From a virus (Duplodnaviria > Caudoviricetes): DNA of 41,891 bases. Position 1 is the stretch's first letter. Each line of letters starts with the position of its first letter. Positions 28,806 to 37,537 of this stretch are shown in pieces. Where the stretch lies: IMG/VR virus record IMGVR_UViG_3300012919_000015, positions 1-41,891 of that record; one strand, 5' to 3'. Under the pieces are notes generated by a model. That model was not told the origin of the DNA. It worked only from the letters and a program-made list of their open reading frames with translations, and did not search any database. The position numbers and the translations under genes are program-made.

Positions 28806-29390
28806 TTATGAATATGCTGTTACTGTTAATAAGGGGTAGTTCCATACAAAATCTCCAGATGCGCCAGTGCCATCACGCCAAGTATTATAGTTAAAGTACA
28901 TACCGTCATAAGTTGTGTTATAACCTCTTGCTCTCCACTTTATTTCCTTTGCGCCAGTCCAATTTGAAAATTTTCCATAATCCACATCGTCTGAAGCTGC
29001 TGTTAAATCAAAACTGTAGGTCAAAGATACGGGAAATTCCCCATACCCATAAGTGCTATAATATTGAGAGGAAAAGTTTTTGTATGCAGTGCTAACTTCT
29101 GTTCCGTCTACATATAATCTATAATGAGTAATACCTGATCTAGCCGAAGTCCCACCTTGCCTTGTATTATATTCGTATCTTATATACCTAGTTCCTTGTG
29201 GTGGTGTATATGTTATATTGCTACCAAAAACATCTACATACGAAGTTGTTGTTGATTGATATGTAGTCATAGTGGGTGCCGTGTAATTATTTGATACTCC
29301 TTGGAACGTTCTTCCGTCTGGAACATACTGAACCATTTCTAATAAATTACTACTAGAGGCTGCTGGAAAAAATGTACTTAAATTACCCAT
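28806..29390 (-). CDS. Fibre tip/receptor-binding paralogue 3 (194 aa)
   Basis: MGNLSTFFPAASSSNLLE...GSNITYTPP...FDLT...NW...IK..R.Y. Confidence 0.65.
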   Translation of the reverse strand: MGNLSTFFPAASSSNLLEMVQYVPDGRTFQGVSNNYTAPTMTTYQSTTTSYVDVFGSNITYTPPQGTRYIRYEYNTRQGGTSARSGITHYRLYVDGTEVSTAYKNFSSQYYSTYGYGEFPVSLTYSFDLTAASDDVDYGKFSNWTGAKEIKWRARGYNTTYDGMYFNYNTWRDGTGASGDFVWNYPLLTVTAYS

Positions 29391-29973
29391 AAGCTATAAT
29401 TTGTAATGTAGGTTGATCTATCTGTCTAATATCTCCTGACGCCCCAGCTCCATCTAGCCAATTATTTATATTTACATATGCATCATAGCTACTAGAATAA
29501 TCTCTTGCTTGAACTTTAATAATCTTATCTGATGTCCAGTTTGATTTAGCAATCTTGCCAGCTGAAATATTATCTGATGAAACTGTTAAATCAAAAACAA
29601 ACATAGCCATAGCTAAAAACTGTGCATGATTATTTCCATTAATAGAATAATTACCCGCAACATGTCTGTTAGAAGAGTTTACTACAGTTCCATCTAAAAC
29701 AATTCTGTACCCCACGATACCTCCATAATCAATTGCTTTATGTTTAAAATAACATTTATAAGAAACATATTTTGTATCTTCAGGAGGTGTATAGGTTATG
29801 CTACTGCCTGCTAAATCAGCGTAACTTGTAGATAAGCTTGTATAGTTTGTAACGTTACCAAATGTGTAGCTATTACTATTAATAGTAACAGTTCTTCCGT
29901 CTGCAACCCCTTCGATGACCTCAATAACATTGTTAGATGTTGGTGCTGGAAATATGTCTGTTAAATTTGCCAT
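29383..29973 (-). CDS. Fibre tip/receptor-binding paralogue 2 (196 aa)
   Basis: MANLTDIFPAPTSNNVIE...GSSITYTPP...KVQARDYSSSY. Confidence 0.65.
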   Translation of the reverse strand: MANLTDIFPAPTSNNVIEVIEGVADGRTVTINSNSYTFGNVTNYTSLSTSYADLAGSSITYTPPEDTKYVSYKCYFKHKAIDYGGIVGYRIVLDGTVVNSSNRHVAGNYSINGNNHAQFLAMAMFVFDLTVSSDNISAGKIAKSNWTSDKIIKVQARDYSSSYDAYVNINNWLDGAGASGDIRQIDQPTLQIIAYG

Positions 29974-30555
29974 TTACGATAAAGCTGTTACTGTTAATAT
30001 AGGTGGTATCCAATCTTGCCCTCCAAAGGTTGATCCAGACCCAAAGTATTCCACATGCATATTTGCTTGATAACTAGAACTATATTCTCTTGCTTGCACT
30101 TTTATTGTTTTATCACTAGTCCAGTTTGCAAATTGAGCGCTTGCAGCGTTATCTGATGAAACTGTTAAATCGAATACTGCATATATAGTCGCTTCGAAAG
30201 CTCCATGGTGGTGCGCATGATTTCCAGAATAGTTATTAGAATATTGCTGGTATGATTTAGTTATTTCAGTACCATCAACTAATAATCTCCAGTGAGAAAT
30301 CCCCGATGAATAATTTGAATCCCAATGAAAGTCAAATTTATAACTTACATATTTAGCATTTGATGGAGGGGTATATGTAAAACTGCTTCCTGTAATATCA
30401 GCATAACTTGTGCTTAACCCCTGTCCTGAAGTTACATTATCTAAAGTATATGTACCACTTCCAACTTCAATACTTCTTCCATCGCAGTTCCCGTGTATAA
30501 TTTCTAAAACATTGCTTGATGATGCTGCGGGAAATAAATCTGTTAAATTTGCCAT
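29974..30555 (-). CDS. Fibre tip/receptor-binding paralogue 1 (193 aa)
   Basis: MANLTDLFPAASSSNVLE...GSSFTYTPP...KVQAREYSSSY. Confidence 0.65.
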   Translation of the reverse strand: MANLTDLFPAASSSNVLEIIHGNCDGRSIEVGSGTYTLDNVTSGQGLSTSYADITGSSFTYTPPSNAKYVSYKFDFHWDSNYSSGISHWRLLVDGTEITKSYQQYSNNYSGNHAHHHGAFEATIYAVFDLTVSSDNAASAQFANWTSDKTIKVQAREYSSSYQANMHVEYFGSGSTFGGQDWIPPILTVTALS

Positions 30556-30556
30556 C

Positions 30557-33500
30557 CTACTGCCCTATTATTACCCAGCCATTTGTTGCATCAGAATATA
30601 TTAGTTCAAAACTAGCAGAAGCTGTGTCTAAAGTTAAATTAGATGAACTACCCATTATATTATTTCCGTTAGCGCCAAGCACACATGTTGCAACTCCAGA
30701 TCTATTTGAAATTTTTATGGAGTCACCTGCACTTGGGCTAGCTGGCAGTGTTAAAGTTAAATTTGCTGTAAATACATAAAGGTTGTTGGCAGTGGCAGTA
30801 GTGTTCGAATTTATTACATTAACACCCATTGTAGAAGCAACAGTTACTGCACCTGTTTGACCATTTACACTTGTAACTGCAGATGTTACAGCACCTGTAT
30901 TTCCGTCAACACTTGTTACAGGGCTTGTTGTTAAATTAGCACCTGACACAGATATAACCTCTACGGTATCGCCTAAAGTTACTCCTGAGCTAAAAACTAT
31001 TGCTCCAGAGGTTAAATTATAATTTGCTTTAGATTGATAAACACCCTGAATAAAAACCATAGTTACCTCTTTCGAAGAAGGGCTTCCGTTAACAAGTGTA
31101 AATGACGTCTGTCCTGAGGTTGCAGTAAATGCATCTGAAATTAAAGTAGTTTGTGCAGCACTGACGGCAGAAGGAGCTATTGATCCTGTTGTTTTAACTT
31201 CAATATAAGCTCCGCTAACTGGAGCATTACCAGAACCAAAATCTATTTGTGTCCCAGCAATACTATAAGCATTTTTTTGTTGATATATACCGTCTATATA
31301 TACATCCGTAAAGTCTTCACTTGTAGGGGCTGTGCTTAAAGGAGAAAACTGTGTGCTTGTGCCGTCTCCTGTAAATTGATCTAAAAAAACAGTTCCTACA
31401 TCAGCAATATTTGGTGCAGCCGTTGTGTGTATTACATGAACGTTGTTAGTCCCAGACGCTGGTATTGATCCAGAAACAAAAGTTATATCTGCCCCGCTAA
31501 CCGTGTAGTTAGAGGGATATTGTAATACCCCACTTACATAAACAGAAACATTATCAATATCAGAAATATTATTTGATAAAGTAAATAATGCTTGTGATCC
31601 GGTTCCGCTAAAAGATTCCTTTACAATCTGTCCGACACCTCCAGCCGCAGCAAGTGTTATAGTGTCTGTGGAGGAGTCTGTAGTTATAGTCATGTTGTTT
31701 CCAGCAGCCAATGTAAGTGTGTCAGAACTTGAGTCTGCAACTACATTTGTTTGGCCTGAAACTGAAATAGTCGTGAAGGAGTCAGAAGCCGCTGATCCAG
31801 AGTTATCAGTTCCTGGGACAAAGTTAGTTCCATCCCATTTTAGTATTTGTCCTGTAGACGGAGCGTTAGTTGTAATATCTACATCAGATAAATCGTCAAT
31901 ACTACCTCCTATAGTTATTGTTTTTGTTCCTCCAGACCCCGTGGCTGTAACCCCTGATCCCACAAAATTTAACACAGTTGCCGCATTAGATAGCGCATTA
32001 CCCTCGTCTTGGACCGTTAATGTACTCCCTACAGTATTCGGCACAAAATTAGTTCCATTCCAAACAAGAGCCTGGCCTGAAGACGGAGCGCTTGTTGTTG
32101 TATCTACATCATTAAGAGCATCAATACTTGTTGAGTTAATTTTAGATAATACTCTTGCATCTGTGTAATAAAGATTACTTCCTTCTGATAAATTACCAGT
32201 GTCTTTTGTTGCAAGCCTTGTGTCAAACCTTGCGTCTGTGTAATAAAGGTTAGAAGAACCTTCATTTAAATCATCAGTTAAAAAATTTGTTAAGTTTCTT
32301 GTATTAAATACAGCCTTCCACCCCATATTACCATGGTTTGAACACTGATAGTATAATGCATTAGGTGTTGTTTCTAAAGGTGTGATTTGAGTATATGCAC
32401 CGCTTTGGCCAGGTATGCCCGATGTAGTTACTCCTGATCCAAATATAGCTGTTTTTGCCTCGTCAGTATAAAACCTAAGAGGGTGGTTTGCATTGCTTAA
32501 ATCTGATTGATCAAACTTATAAGTATTTCCTACAGCAAAAGTTAACTCAGGTGATTCTATACCATCTATAGAATATCCATATGTACTTCCAGATCCATGA
32601 GCTGGGTGTGCTGCTGTTTTAGTTACAACAGTAACAACCATAGTCTTTACGGTATTACTATGCTTTGTAACTATTTTAGAATCTACAATTAAATCATGAT
32701 CAAATTCTATTTTATCTGAAGTAAGGCCCCCTAAGTGTGTACTAGCATCCGTCTTTATTCTGTTACCCATTCCAGTACTATTAGGAGAGTAATAGTGTAA
32801 AGTTGGATATTGATAGCTACCAGTTATTTCGATATATGATCCTGATTGTCCAGGCGTTCCTACAGCAGTAACATTGGCTGTATATGATCCAGTTCCAGCT
32901 CCGTCTATATTTTCACTAAACTGAAAATCATGATTTGCATTTGTAGCATCGCTTAGATCAAACCTATATTTAGTTTCTGGTAAAATAATTAAAACAGGCA
33001 ACTCACCTCCGTCTACATAAAAAGCATTTCCTCCTCCTGTCTTGCTTCCTACAGTTACTGTATGGCTTTTATATGCTAAAGTAGAAGTTACTCCATCTAA
33101 AAAATTAATTTCTTGAATAGTAGAAGTAATCCCAAGATTTGTTAGTAGCTGAGTTCTTTGAGATGCGCTTATTGTTTGTGATTGATCAAACTGTAGTCTG
33201 TTTCCTAATGCAGTAGTTACCGTAGTTGAAAATGCAGCATCATCATTTAAAGCTGCCGCTAATTCATTTAAGGTGTCTAAAGCTGTTGGAGCACCATTAA
33301 CAAGATTTGATATTGCAGTATCTATTGCATCTTTAACAGCGGCATTTGAAGGAACCTTTGTATCACTATCGTTACTGTTTATTCCCTGAGACTCTATTGT
33401 AAGATCAATTACTGTTCCGTCAGCCAAAAGAATTTGTGCTGAGGTTCCTCCTGATTTTACAAAAGAAGAAGCTGCCACATCTCCAGTAACTGTTAAATCA

Positions 33501-34825
33501 TTTCCTATAGTTACGTCATTTGGCAATCCAACGGTAAAGGTTCTGTCTGTAGAAAGGTCTTGAGCTCCTGTGGGGGAAACCTCTACCTCATTTGCAGTTC
33601 CAGTAACCTCTATTGTTCTTGAGCTTGGCGAAACTGTAATAGTATCAGTGCCGTCTGTTATTGTAGAATTTGTAGGATTGACATCTATTGCTCCAAGCTT
33701 TGTTCTTTCTGCAGTTGTAATAATAGATCCTGAACCCGCATCTGTTAAAGTAGTGGCTGTGGATCCTGTAAAAAAAGCTGTATTTACATCTGAAAGCTCA
33801 GTAATATTATGAGCAGACAAATCAGTTATGTCTGAAGGTATATTTAATATTTCATTAGCAGCACCTGATGTAGCATTAAAATCTGGTTTTACATTTACTT
33901 CAGCTCCAGCCGCTATACCATTAAGTTTATTTAAAAGAGCAGTAGTGAAGTCGTTTTCTGAAAGAGCTTTGCCAGCTACAACATCAACCTTTGCGTTTAA
34001 AGCAGACTGAAGCCCTGCTATAGCTCCTATTCCTAAAGAAGATAAAGTAGCTGCATTTATTTGACAAAAATTAACAACCTCTCTTAGTGTGTCTAAGTGA
34101 GGTTTATCTGCTGCGTCAACATCTAATAAAGTAAAAAGATCGTCTATAAGATCTTTAAGTACCTTTCCTTGATTTGCAGACAAAGCTTTATTTATGTCTG
34201 TAGAGATTACGTTGTCTATTATATCTGCAGGCTGTAATGCTGTTCCTAGAGTAGTTCTTTCTGCGTCAGTTATTATTAGTCCAGAACCAGCATTTGTTAC
34301 ATCATCTAAATCTGTAACTTTGGGAACTCCATAAAAAGATAAAAAGTAAAAGCTGTTTGGATCAAAACTTCCATTAGATTCTTTATGTGTTACAGTCAAT
34401 ACTAAGTATCTAGTGTTGGAGTGATTCTGTACATTAGTTACGTTGAAAATACCGAACTTATCAAAGTCTCCTTGTTTTGAAACTTTAATCTTTTTCCCCG
34501 AAAAAGAAGTTACATAGTTTTCTACATCAACACCATTAACGACTTTTTTTGAAAGTATTATCTGAGTTGTTGCTGAAAAAGCTTGAGACGCTGCTACACC
34601 TCCTACAAGATTTAAAGTTCCTGCTGGATCTGTGGCTGCAGGTTCAAAAGCTACATACTTGAAAACAAGACCGTCAAACATATCAACTCCACTGAGTTGA
34701 TTTATGACATCCATTAGACTTTGTATGGTAAAGTTTTTTGTTGCAGAAGTAGCTGAATCTGTTCCAATCAGTTTGTCTTGAAAGGTTACATTACTATCCT
34801 GTGCATAAGTTTGTATTCTAGCCAT
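30557..34825 (-). CDS. Long mosaic tail fibre (1422 aa)
   Basis: Fibre motifs ALSANQGKVLK, APTALDTLNELAAAL, 2x EGSxNLYYTDAR, 2x (L)xDVDxTTxAPSxGQxLxWxGTNFVP, 3x F(S/T)xxx..GxxQ domains, 2x VTSVxGxTGAV and a terminal TLPASPSAGD..GW domain. Confidence 0.85.
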   Translation of the reverse strand: MARIQTYAQDSNVTFQDKLIGTDSATSATKNFTIQSLMDVINQLSGVDMFDGLVFKYVAFEPAATDPAGTLNLVGGVAASQAFSATTQIILSKKVVNGVDVENYVTSFSGKKIKVSKQGDFDKFGIFNVTNVQNHSNTRYLVLTVTHKESNGSFDPNSFYFLSFYGVPKVTDLDDVTNAGSGLIITDAERTTLGTALQPADIIDNVISTDINKALSANQGKVLKDLIDDLFTLLDVDAADKPHLDTLREVVNFCQINAATLSSLGIGAIAGLQSALNAKVDVVAGKALSENDFTTALLNKLNGIAAGAEVNVKPDFNATSGAANEILNIPSDITDLSAHNITELSDVNTAFFTGSTATTLTDAGSGSIITTAERTKLGAIDVNPTNSTITDGTDTITVSPSSRTIEVTGTANEVEVSPTGAQDLSTDRTFTVGLPNDVTIGNDLTVTGDVAASSFVKSGGTSAQILLADGTVIDLTIESQGINSNDSDTKVPSNAAVKDAIDTAISNLVNGAPTALDTLNELAAALNDDAAFSTTVTTALGNRLQFDQSQTISASQRTQLLTNLGITSTIQEINFLDGVTSTLAYKSHTVTVGSKTGGGNAFYVDGGELPVLIILPETKYRFDLSDATNANHDFQFSENIDGAGTGSYTANVTAVGTPGQSGSYIEITGSYQYPTLHYYSPNSTGMGNRIKTDASTHLGGLTSDKIEFDHDLIVDSKIVTKHSNTVKTMVVTVVTKTAAHPAHGSGSTYGYSIDGIESPELTFAVGNTYKFDQSDLSNANHPLRFYTDEAKTAIFGSGVTTSGIPGQSGAYTQITPLETTPNALYYQCSNHGNMGWKAVFNTRNLTNFLTDDLNEGSSNLYYTDARFDTRLATKDTGNLSEGSNLYYTDARVLSKINSTSIDALNDVDTTTSAPSSGQALVWNGTNFVPNTVGSTLTVQDEGNALSNAATVLNFVGSGVTATGSGGTKTITIGGSIDDLSDVDITTNAPSTGQILKWDGTNFVPGTDNSGSAASDSFTTISVSGQTNVVADSSSDTLTLAAGNNMTITTDSSTDTITLAAAGGVGQIVKESFSGTGSQALFTLSNNISDIDNVSVYVSGVLQYPSNYTVSGADITFVSGSIPASGTNNVHVIHTTAAPNIADVGTVFLDQFTGDGTSTQFSPLSTAPTSEDFTDVYIDGIYQQKNAYSIAGTQIDFGSGNAPVSGAYIEVKTTGSIAPSAVSAAQTTLISDAFTATSGQTSFTLVNGSPSSKEVTMVFIQGVYQSKANYNLTSGAIVFSSGVTLGDTVEVISVSGANLTTSPVTSVDGNTGAVTSAVTSVNGQTGAVTVASTMGVNVINSNTTATANNLYVFTANLTLTLPASPSAGDSIKISNRSGVATCVLGANGNNIMGSSSNLTLDTASASFELIYSDATNGWVIIGQ

Positions 34826-35306
34826 CTGTTCCTTTCATTAAGTTTGTTTTTTGTTTGCTACCCATAGAGCTTCCGAAATAATATCCTATTACTTGTGTAA
34901 AAGCTGCAACTACAGCTCCAAATCCCATATCGAAAAGCCTTTGACTTTCTTCTGGTATTTCCCACAATCCAATAGCTCCGGCAACTACAGCAACAAAACT
35001 AAGCGTTATACCCCAGCCTACAGTTTTGAATAACACATCATTAGACCCTGAAGCAAGGGCTGTCATTTCTCTTTCTCTTGCGCTAGCTCTATCAGCAACT
35101 TCTGATTCATACGCCTCAAGTATTAATTCTTGCGCTCTAATTTTATCATCAAGCGGTGCATCTGAGTCTTTGATTGAACTAATAACTTGTTCAATCGACA
35201 TGTTGCCTTGAACTAGGTTTCCTAAAGTAGGATTAATTAATCCTACACTTGCCTTAAGAAGTTTGCCTACGGTTGTTTGACCAAATTTTTTCTTAGGTTT
35301 TCGCAT
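34818..35306 (-). CDS. Holin-like membrane protein (probable start MRKPKKKF at 35306)
   Basis: Two C-terminal TM segments ending IGYYFGSSMGS; adjacent to the endolysin. The ATG at 35306 lies 1 nt after the endolysin stop. Confidence 0.65.
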   Translation of the reverse strand: MRKPKKKFGQTTVGKLLKASVGLINPTLGNLVQGNMSIEQVISSIKDSDAPLDDKIRAQELILEAYESEVADRASAREREMTALASGSNDVLFKTVGWGITLSFVAVVAGAIGLWEIPEESQRLFDMGFGAVVAAFTQVIGYYFGSSMGSKQKTNLMKGTDG

Positions 35307-35307
35307 A

Positions 35308-35652
35308 TCAATAAGTCCATATTGTTTTATCAGGAGCTCCTGGGTACCCAATACCTAGATGCATAAATCCCTTTTTTCTACTTATTCCTATTCTAGTAAA
35401 CCCAACTTCAATAGCAGCCTTTACAAGTCTAAAGGTTTTACCCCCTCCGACACTTTCAATATCAACAGCTGCTCCATAAGCGTGTTCTCCAGGTGAATCT
35501 TTAGCTGCTTCGATGGGATGACTAGGACTTCTATAGCTTGAAGTTATTTTAATTGGATTACCATAAACCTCTCTTAACTGATCTAACATAGTTAAGAGTT
35601 TTTCATCCATCATTTTATAATCACTAAATTCTGATTCAGAAAAATATTTCAT
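35308..35652 (-). CDS. Peptidase M15A-family endolysin
   Basis: LDQLRE.YG.PIKITSSYR...H..GAAVDI...RIG...FMHL Zn-peptidase motifs. Confidence 0.85.
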   Translation of the reverse strand: MKYFSESEFSDYKMMDEKLLTMLDQLREVYGNPIKITSSYRSPSHPIEAAKDSPGEHAYGAAVDIESVGGGKTFRLVKAAIEVGFTRIGISRKKGFMHLGIGYPGAPDKTIWTY

Positions 35653-35726
35653 TTGTATTTCTTAAACATTAATTTGTACAAAAGGCTATTCCATGCCCAT
35701 TGTAATTTATCTATCGTTTTTTTCAT
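35649..35726 (-). CDS. 25-aa amphipathic peptide MKKTIDKLQWAWNSLLYKLMFKKYK
   Basis: ATGA overlaps at both ends, between the holin-like gene and the endolysin. Confidence 0.55.
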   Translation of the reverse strand: MKKTIDKLQWAWNSLLYKLMFKKYK

Positions 35727-35881
35727 TTCTTTTTTTTATTAGCAACTTTGTCTGCTATTTGGATTACTGTATATATAAATGTAGCGCTTAATACTAAAAG
35801 CGACAACACTTGATTCACATCTGTTAGCACTACCCCTGTAATTGCTGATATATTTATCCCGTAAATTCTAAGCTCTTCCAT
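35723..35881 (-). CDS. Small holin-like membrane protein (52 aa)
   Basis: MEELRIYGINISAITGVVLTDVNQVLSLLVLSATFIYTVIQIADKVANKKKK; hydrophobic with a basic C-terminal tail; upstream of the endolysin. Confidence 0.6.
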   Translation of the reverse strand: MEELRIYGINISAITGVVLTDVNQVLSLLVLSATFIYTVIQIADKVANKKKK

Positions 35882-35999
35882 TTTTTTTCGTTTTCTTCCT
35901 CATCCTTAATATTTTTAAGTCTAAAGAAGTTATCTTGTCTCTTGGCGGAGCAACTCTTGCAAGCTTCCTCTGCTTTGCTGTGTATTTATTTTTTGGCAT
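35868..35999 (-). CDS. 43-aa basic protein
   Basis: MPKNKYTAKQRKLARVAPPRDKITSLDLKILR...; TAATG coupling to the upstream gene. Confidence 0.6.
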   Translation of the reverse strand: MPKNKYTAKQRKLARVAPPRDKITSLDLKILRMRKKTKKNGRA

Positions 36000-36241
36000 T
36001 ATCTTGATTTTACTTTTGCTTTTTTTGTATTGGAAACAAACTGTTTGTTTTTTCCTCCTTCTCTTTTCTTTTTTCTTGCGGTCTTAGCTCTTTCAGCTTT
36101 AGAAAGAGACTTGGCCTTTGCAAGAGGCAGGCATCTGTCTGGATTTTTTTTATCCTTACTTGTCCCGCATGGGCCTAGTATAGAACCGTCTGTTCCTATC
36201 CTAACCCATTTTTGTTCTCTCCATTTTTTAAGCTCTCCCAT
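35999..36241 (-). CDS. Basic protein (80 aa; start MGELKKW)
   Basis: ATG 1 nt after the previous stop; LKKW..QKWV...PCG...RCLP..KA; Lys/Arg-rich. Confidence 0.65.
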   Translation of the reverse strand: MGELKKWREQKWVRIGTDGSILGPCGTSKDKKNPDRCLPLAKAKSLSKAERAKTARKKKREGGKNKQFVSNTKKAKVKSR

Positions 36242-36242
36242 A

Positions 36243-36695
36243 TTATTCGGCTTCGCACTTACATTCATTTCTACCGCACACACATTTATCCATGATAGCT
36301 TTGGCAGTGTTTCTGTCATCGTAGTCAAGAGCTGCTTTAAGAATTATTTTATCCATTACAGCATCTTGGTTATCCAACATTTGTTTTTGCAAACCAATCA
36401 CCATTTCTTCAAGTTTGTCTTTTGCTGAAATCAATAGGCTTATTTGTTGGTTTTTCTTTTCTACTTCTGATTTAAGCGCATTTACATCATCTGGCTTGGT
36501 TCCAGTGATACTCGATATTATCACGGGTATTGATGCCGCAATAGTCCCGATTAGCATCATCACAACTTCCTTATTAGAATCTAATACAGGAAACTGCAAA
36601 AGAGTCACAATAATACCAATAACAAATAAAAAGATAAATAATGATCCTGCGTATGATCTGAGCTCTTTGGCTACGCCATTTTTTGGAAGTGACAT
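36243..36695 (-). CDS. Two-TM plus coiled-coil membrane protein
   Basis: Two hydrophobic helices, heptads, and a C-terminal CxCxxxxCxC. Confidence 0.65.
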   Translation of the reverse strand: MSLPKNGVAKELRSYAGSLFIFLFVIGIIVTLLQFPVLDSNKEVVMMLIGTIAASIPVIISSITGTKPDDVNALKSEVEKKNQQISLLISAKDKLEEMVIGLQKQMLDNQDAVMDKIILKAALDYDDRNTAKAIMDKCVCGRNECKCEAE

Positions 36696-36698
36696 ATC

Positions 36699-36848
36699 TT
36701 ATTTTTTATGAACTTTTTGTATTTTAAAATCAAAAGACAAGCTGCCTCCTTTGTGAGGTTTATATCCGCCTGATGGATTTTTCATTAGTTTTGGAGCTCC
36801 TTTTCCAGAAGACATCCAATGATAACCTTTTGGTGCTTTTATTTTCAT
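36699..36848 (-). CDS. 49-aa basic protein
   Basis: MKIKAPKGYHWMSSGKGAPKLMKNPSGGYKPHKGG...; ATGA overlap with the upstream gene. Confidence 0.65.
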   Translation of the reverse strand: MKIKAPKGYHWMSSGKGAPKLMKNPSGGYKPHKGGSLSFDFKIQKVHKK

Positions 36849-37000
36849 TTTTTCTTTCTTTTAGAATTTTTTGCATAATTAGGATCCTTGCAATATTTAC
36901 TTGCCGCCATGTTTGCATATGCCGATGGATACCTATCGAATGTTCTCTTTGCCCAAGCAATCCCTGCTGGGCATATTTTATTTTTCTTCTCTTTTGCCAT
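36845..37000 (-). CDS. 51-aa basic protein
   Basis: MAKEKKNKICPAGIAWAKRTFDRYPSAYANMAASKYCKDPNY...; fits the tiling of small genes. Confidence 0.65.
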   Translation of the reverse strand: MAKEKKNKICPAGIAWAKRTFDRYPSAYANMAASKYCKDPNYAKNSKRKKK

Positions 37001-37160
37001 ATGGAAATAATTCATTTAAAGTTTTTCTTCTACCCTCGCATCCGCATGGTTTATTAAAAGCTTTTGCTCCTTTTTCAACAATGCTTCTTATTCCTGTCGC
37101 TTGAGTTACTGCGGCAACAGTATCTCCAAGACCTTTATGATTTTTAAACGGATGATTCAT
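36978..37160 (-). CDS. Small hypothetical protein (60 aa)
   Basis: KGLGDTV...TGI...CGC..R...LN..FPY motif. Confidence 0.65.
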   Translation of the reverse strand: MNHPFKNHKGLGDTVAAVTQATGIRSIVEKGAKAFNKPCGCEGRRKTLNELFPYGKREEK

Positions 37161-37163
37161 GTT

Positions 37164-37463
37164 TTAATATTTTCCTTTTCTATTTTTTGGGGAGGACTTT
37201 TTTGATCCTCCTGGACCAGACCAAAGGTCTTTACAGGCCCAGTATCTTGCCGTTAGTTTGTTCTTTGCTCCATCACAATTATGTCTTGCCCTAAAAGACT
37301 TTCTTGCTGCAGCAGAATAATTATGTCCATACCCAGCAGCTCCATAATGAATTATTTTTTCCTGTCCTCCTGAGCAAGCCTTAACTACCTTTTTCTTTTT
37401 AGGATTAGGACTTTTCCTTGGCTTGTTGCAAGACATTTTTGATTTGTCAATTCTAGTGGCCAC
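37164..37463 (-). CDS. Basic Cys/His-containing protein (99 aa)
   Basis: KIIHYG...ARKSFRARHNC...TARYWAC..LW; GTG start. Confidence 0.7.
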   Translation of the reverse strand: MATRIDKSKMSCNKPRKSPNPKKKKVVKACSGGQEKIIHYGAAGYGHNYSAAARKSFRARHNCDGAKNKLTARYWACKDLWSGPGGSKKSSPKNRKGKY

Positions 37464-37485
37464 TTAGTATATTTTTACAATAGGA

Positions 37486-37517
37486 CAAAGATAAGAATTT
37501 TATAATTTGTAGATTTG
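37486..37517. promoter_or_regulatory. Back-to-back -7 elements: TATCTTTG (minus, 37486-37493) and TAGATTTG (plus, 37510-37517)
   Basis: Two exact TAnnTTTG matches in a 74-bp divergent gap. Confidence 0.65.
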
Positions 37518-37537
37518 ATGAAATTTAATTCAATTAT

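Noticed and set aside
23702-30555. Invertase or shufflon switching of fibre tips
   Set aside because: All modules share one orientation, and I saw no recombinase or inverted crossover sites in the window.
36760-36960. 66-aa minus-strand ORF from the track
   Set aside because: The region is better tiled by the coupled 51-aa and 49-aa ORFs in other frames.
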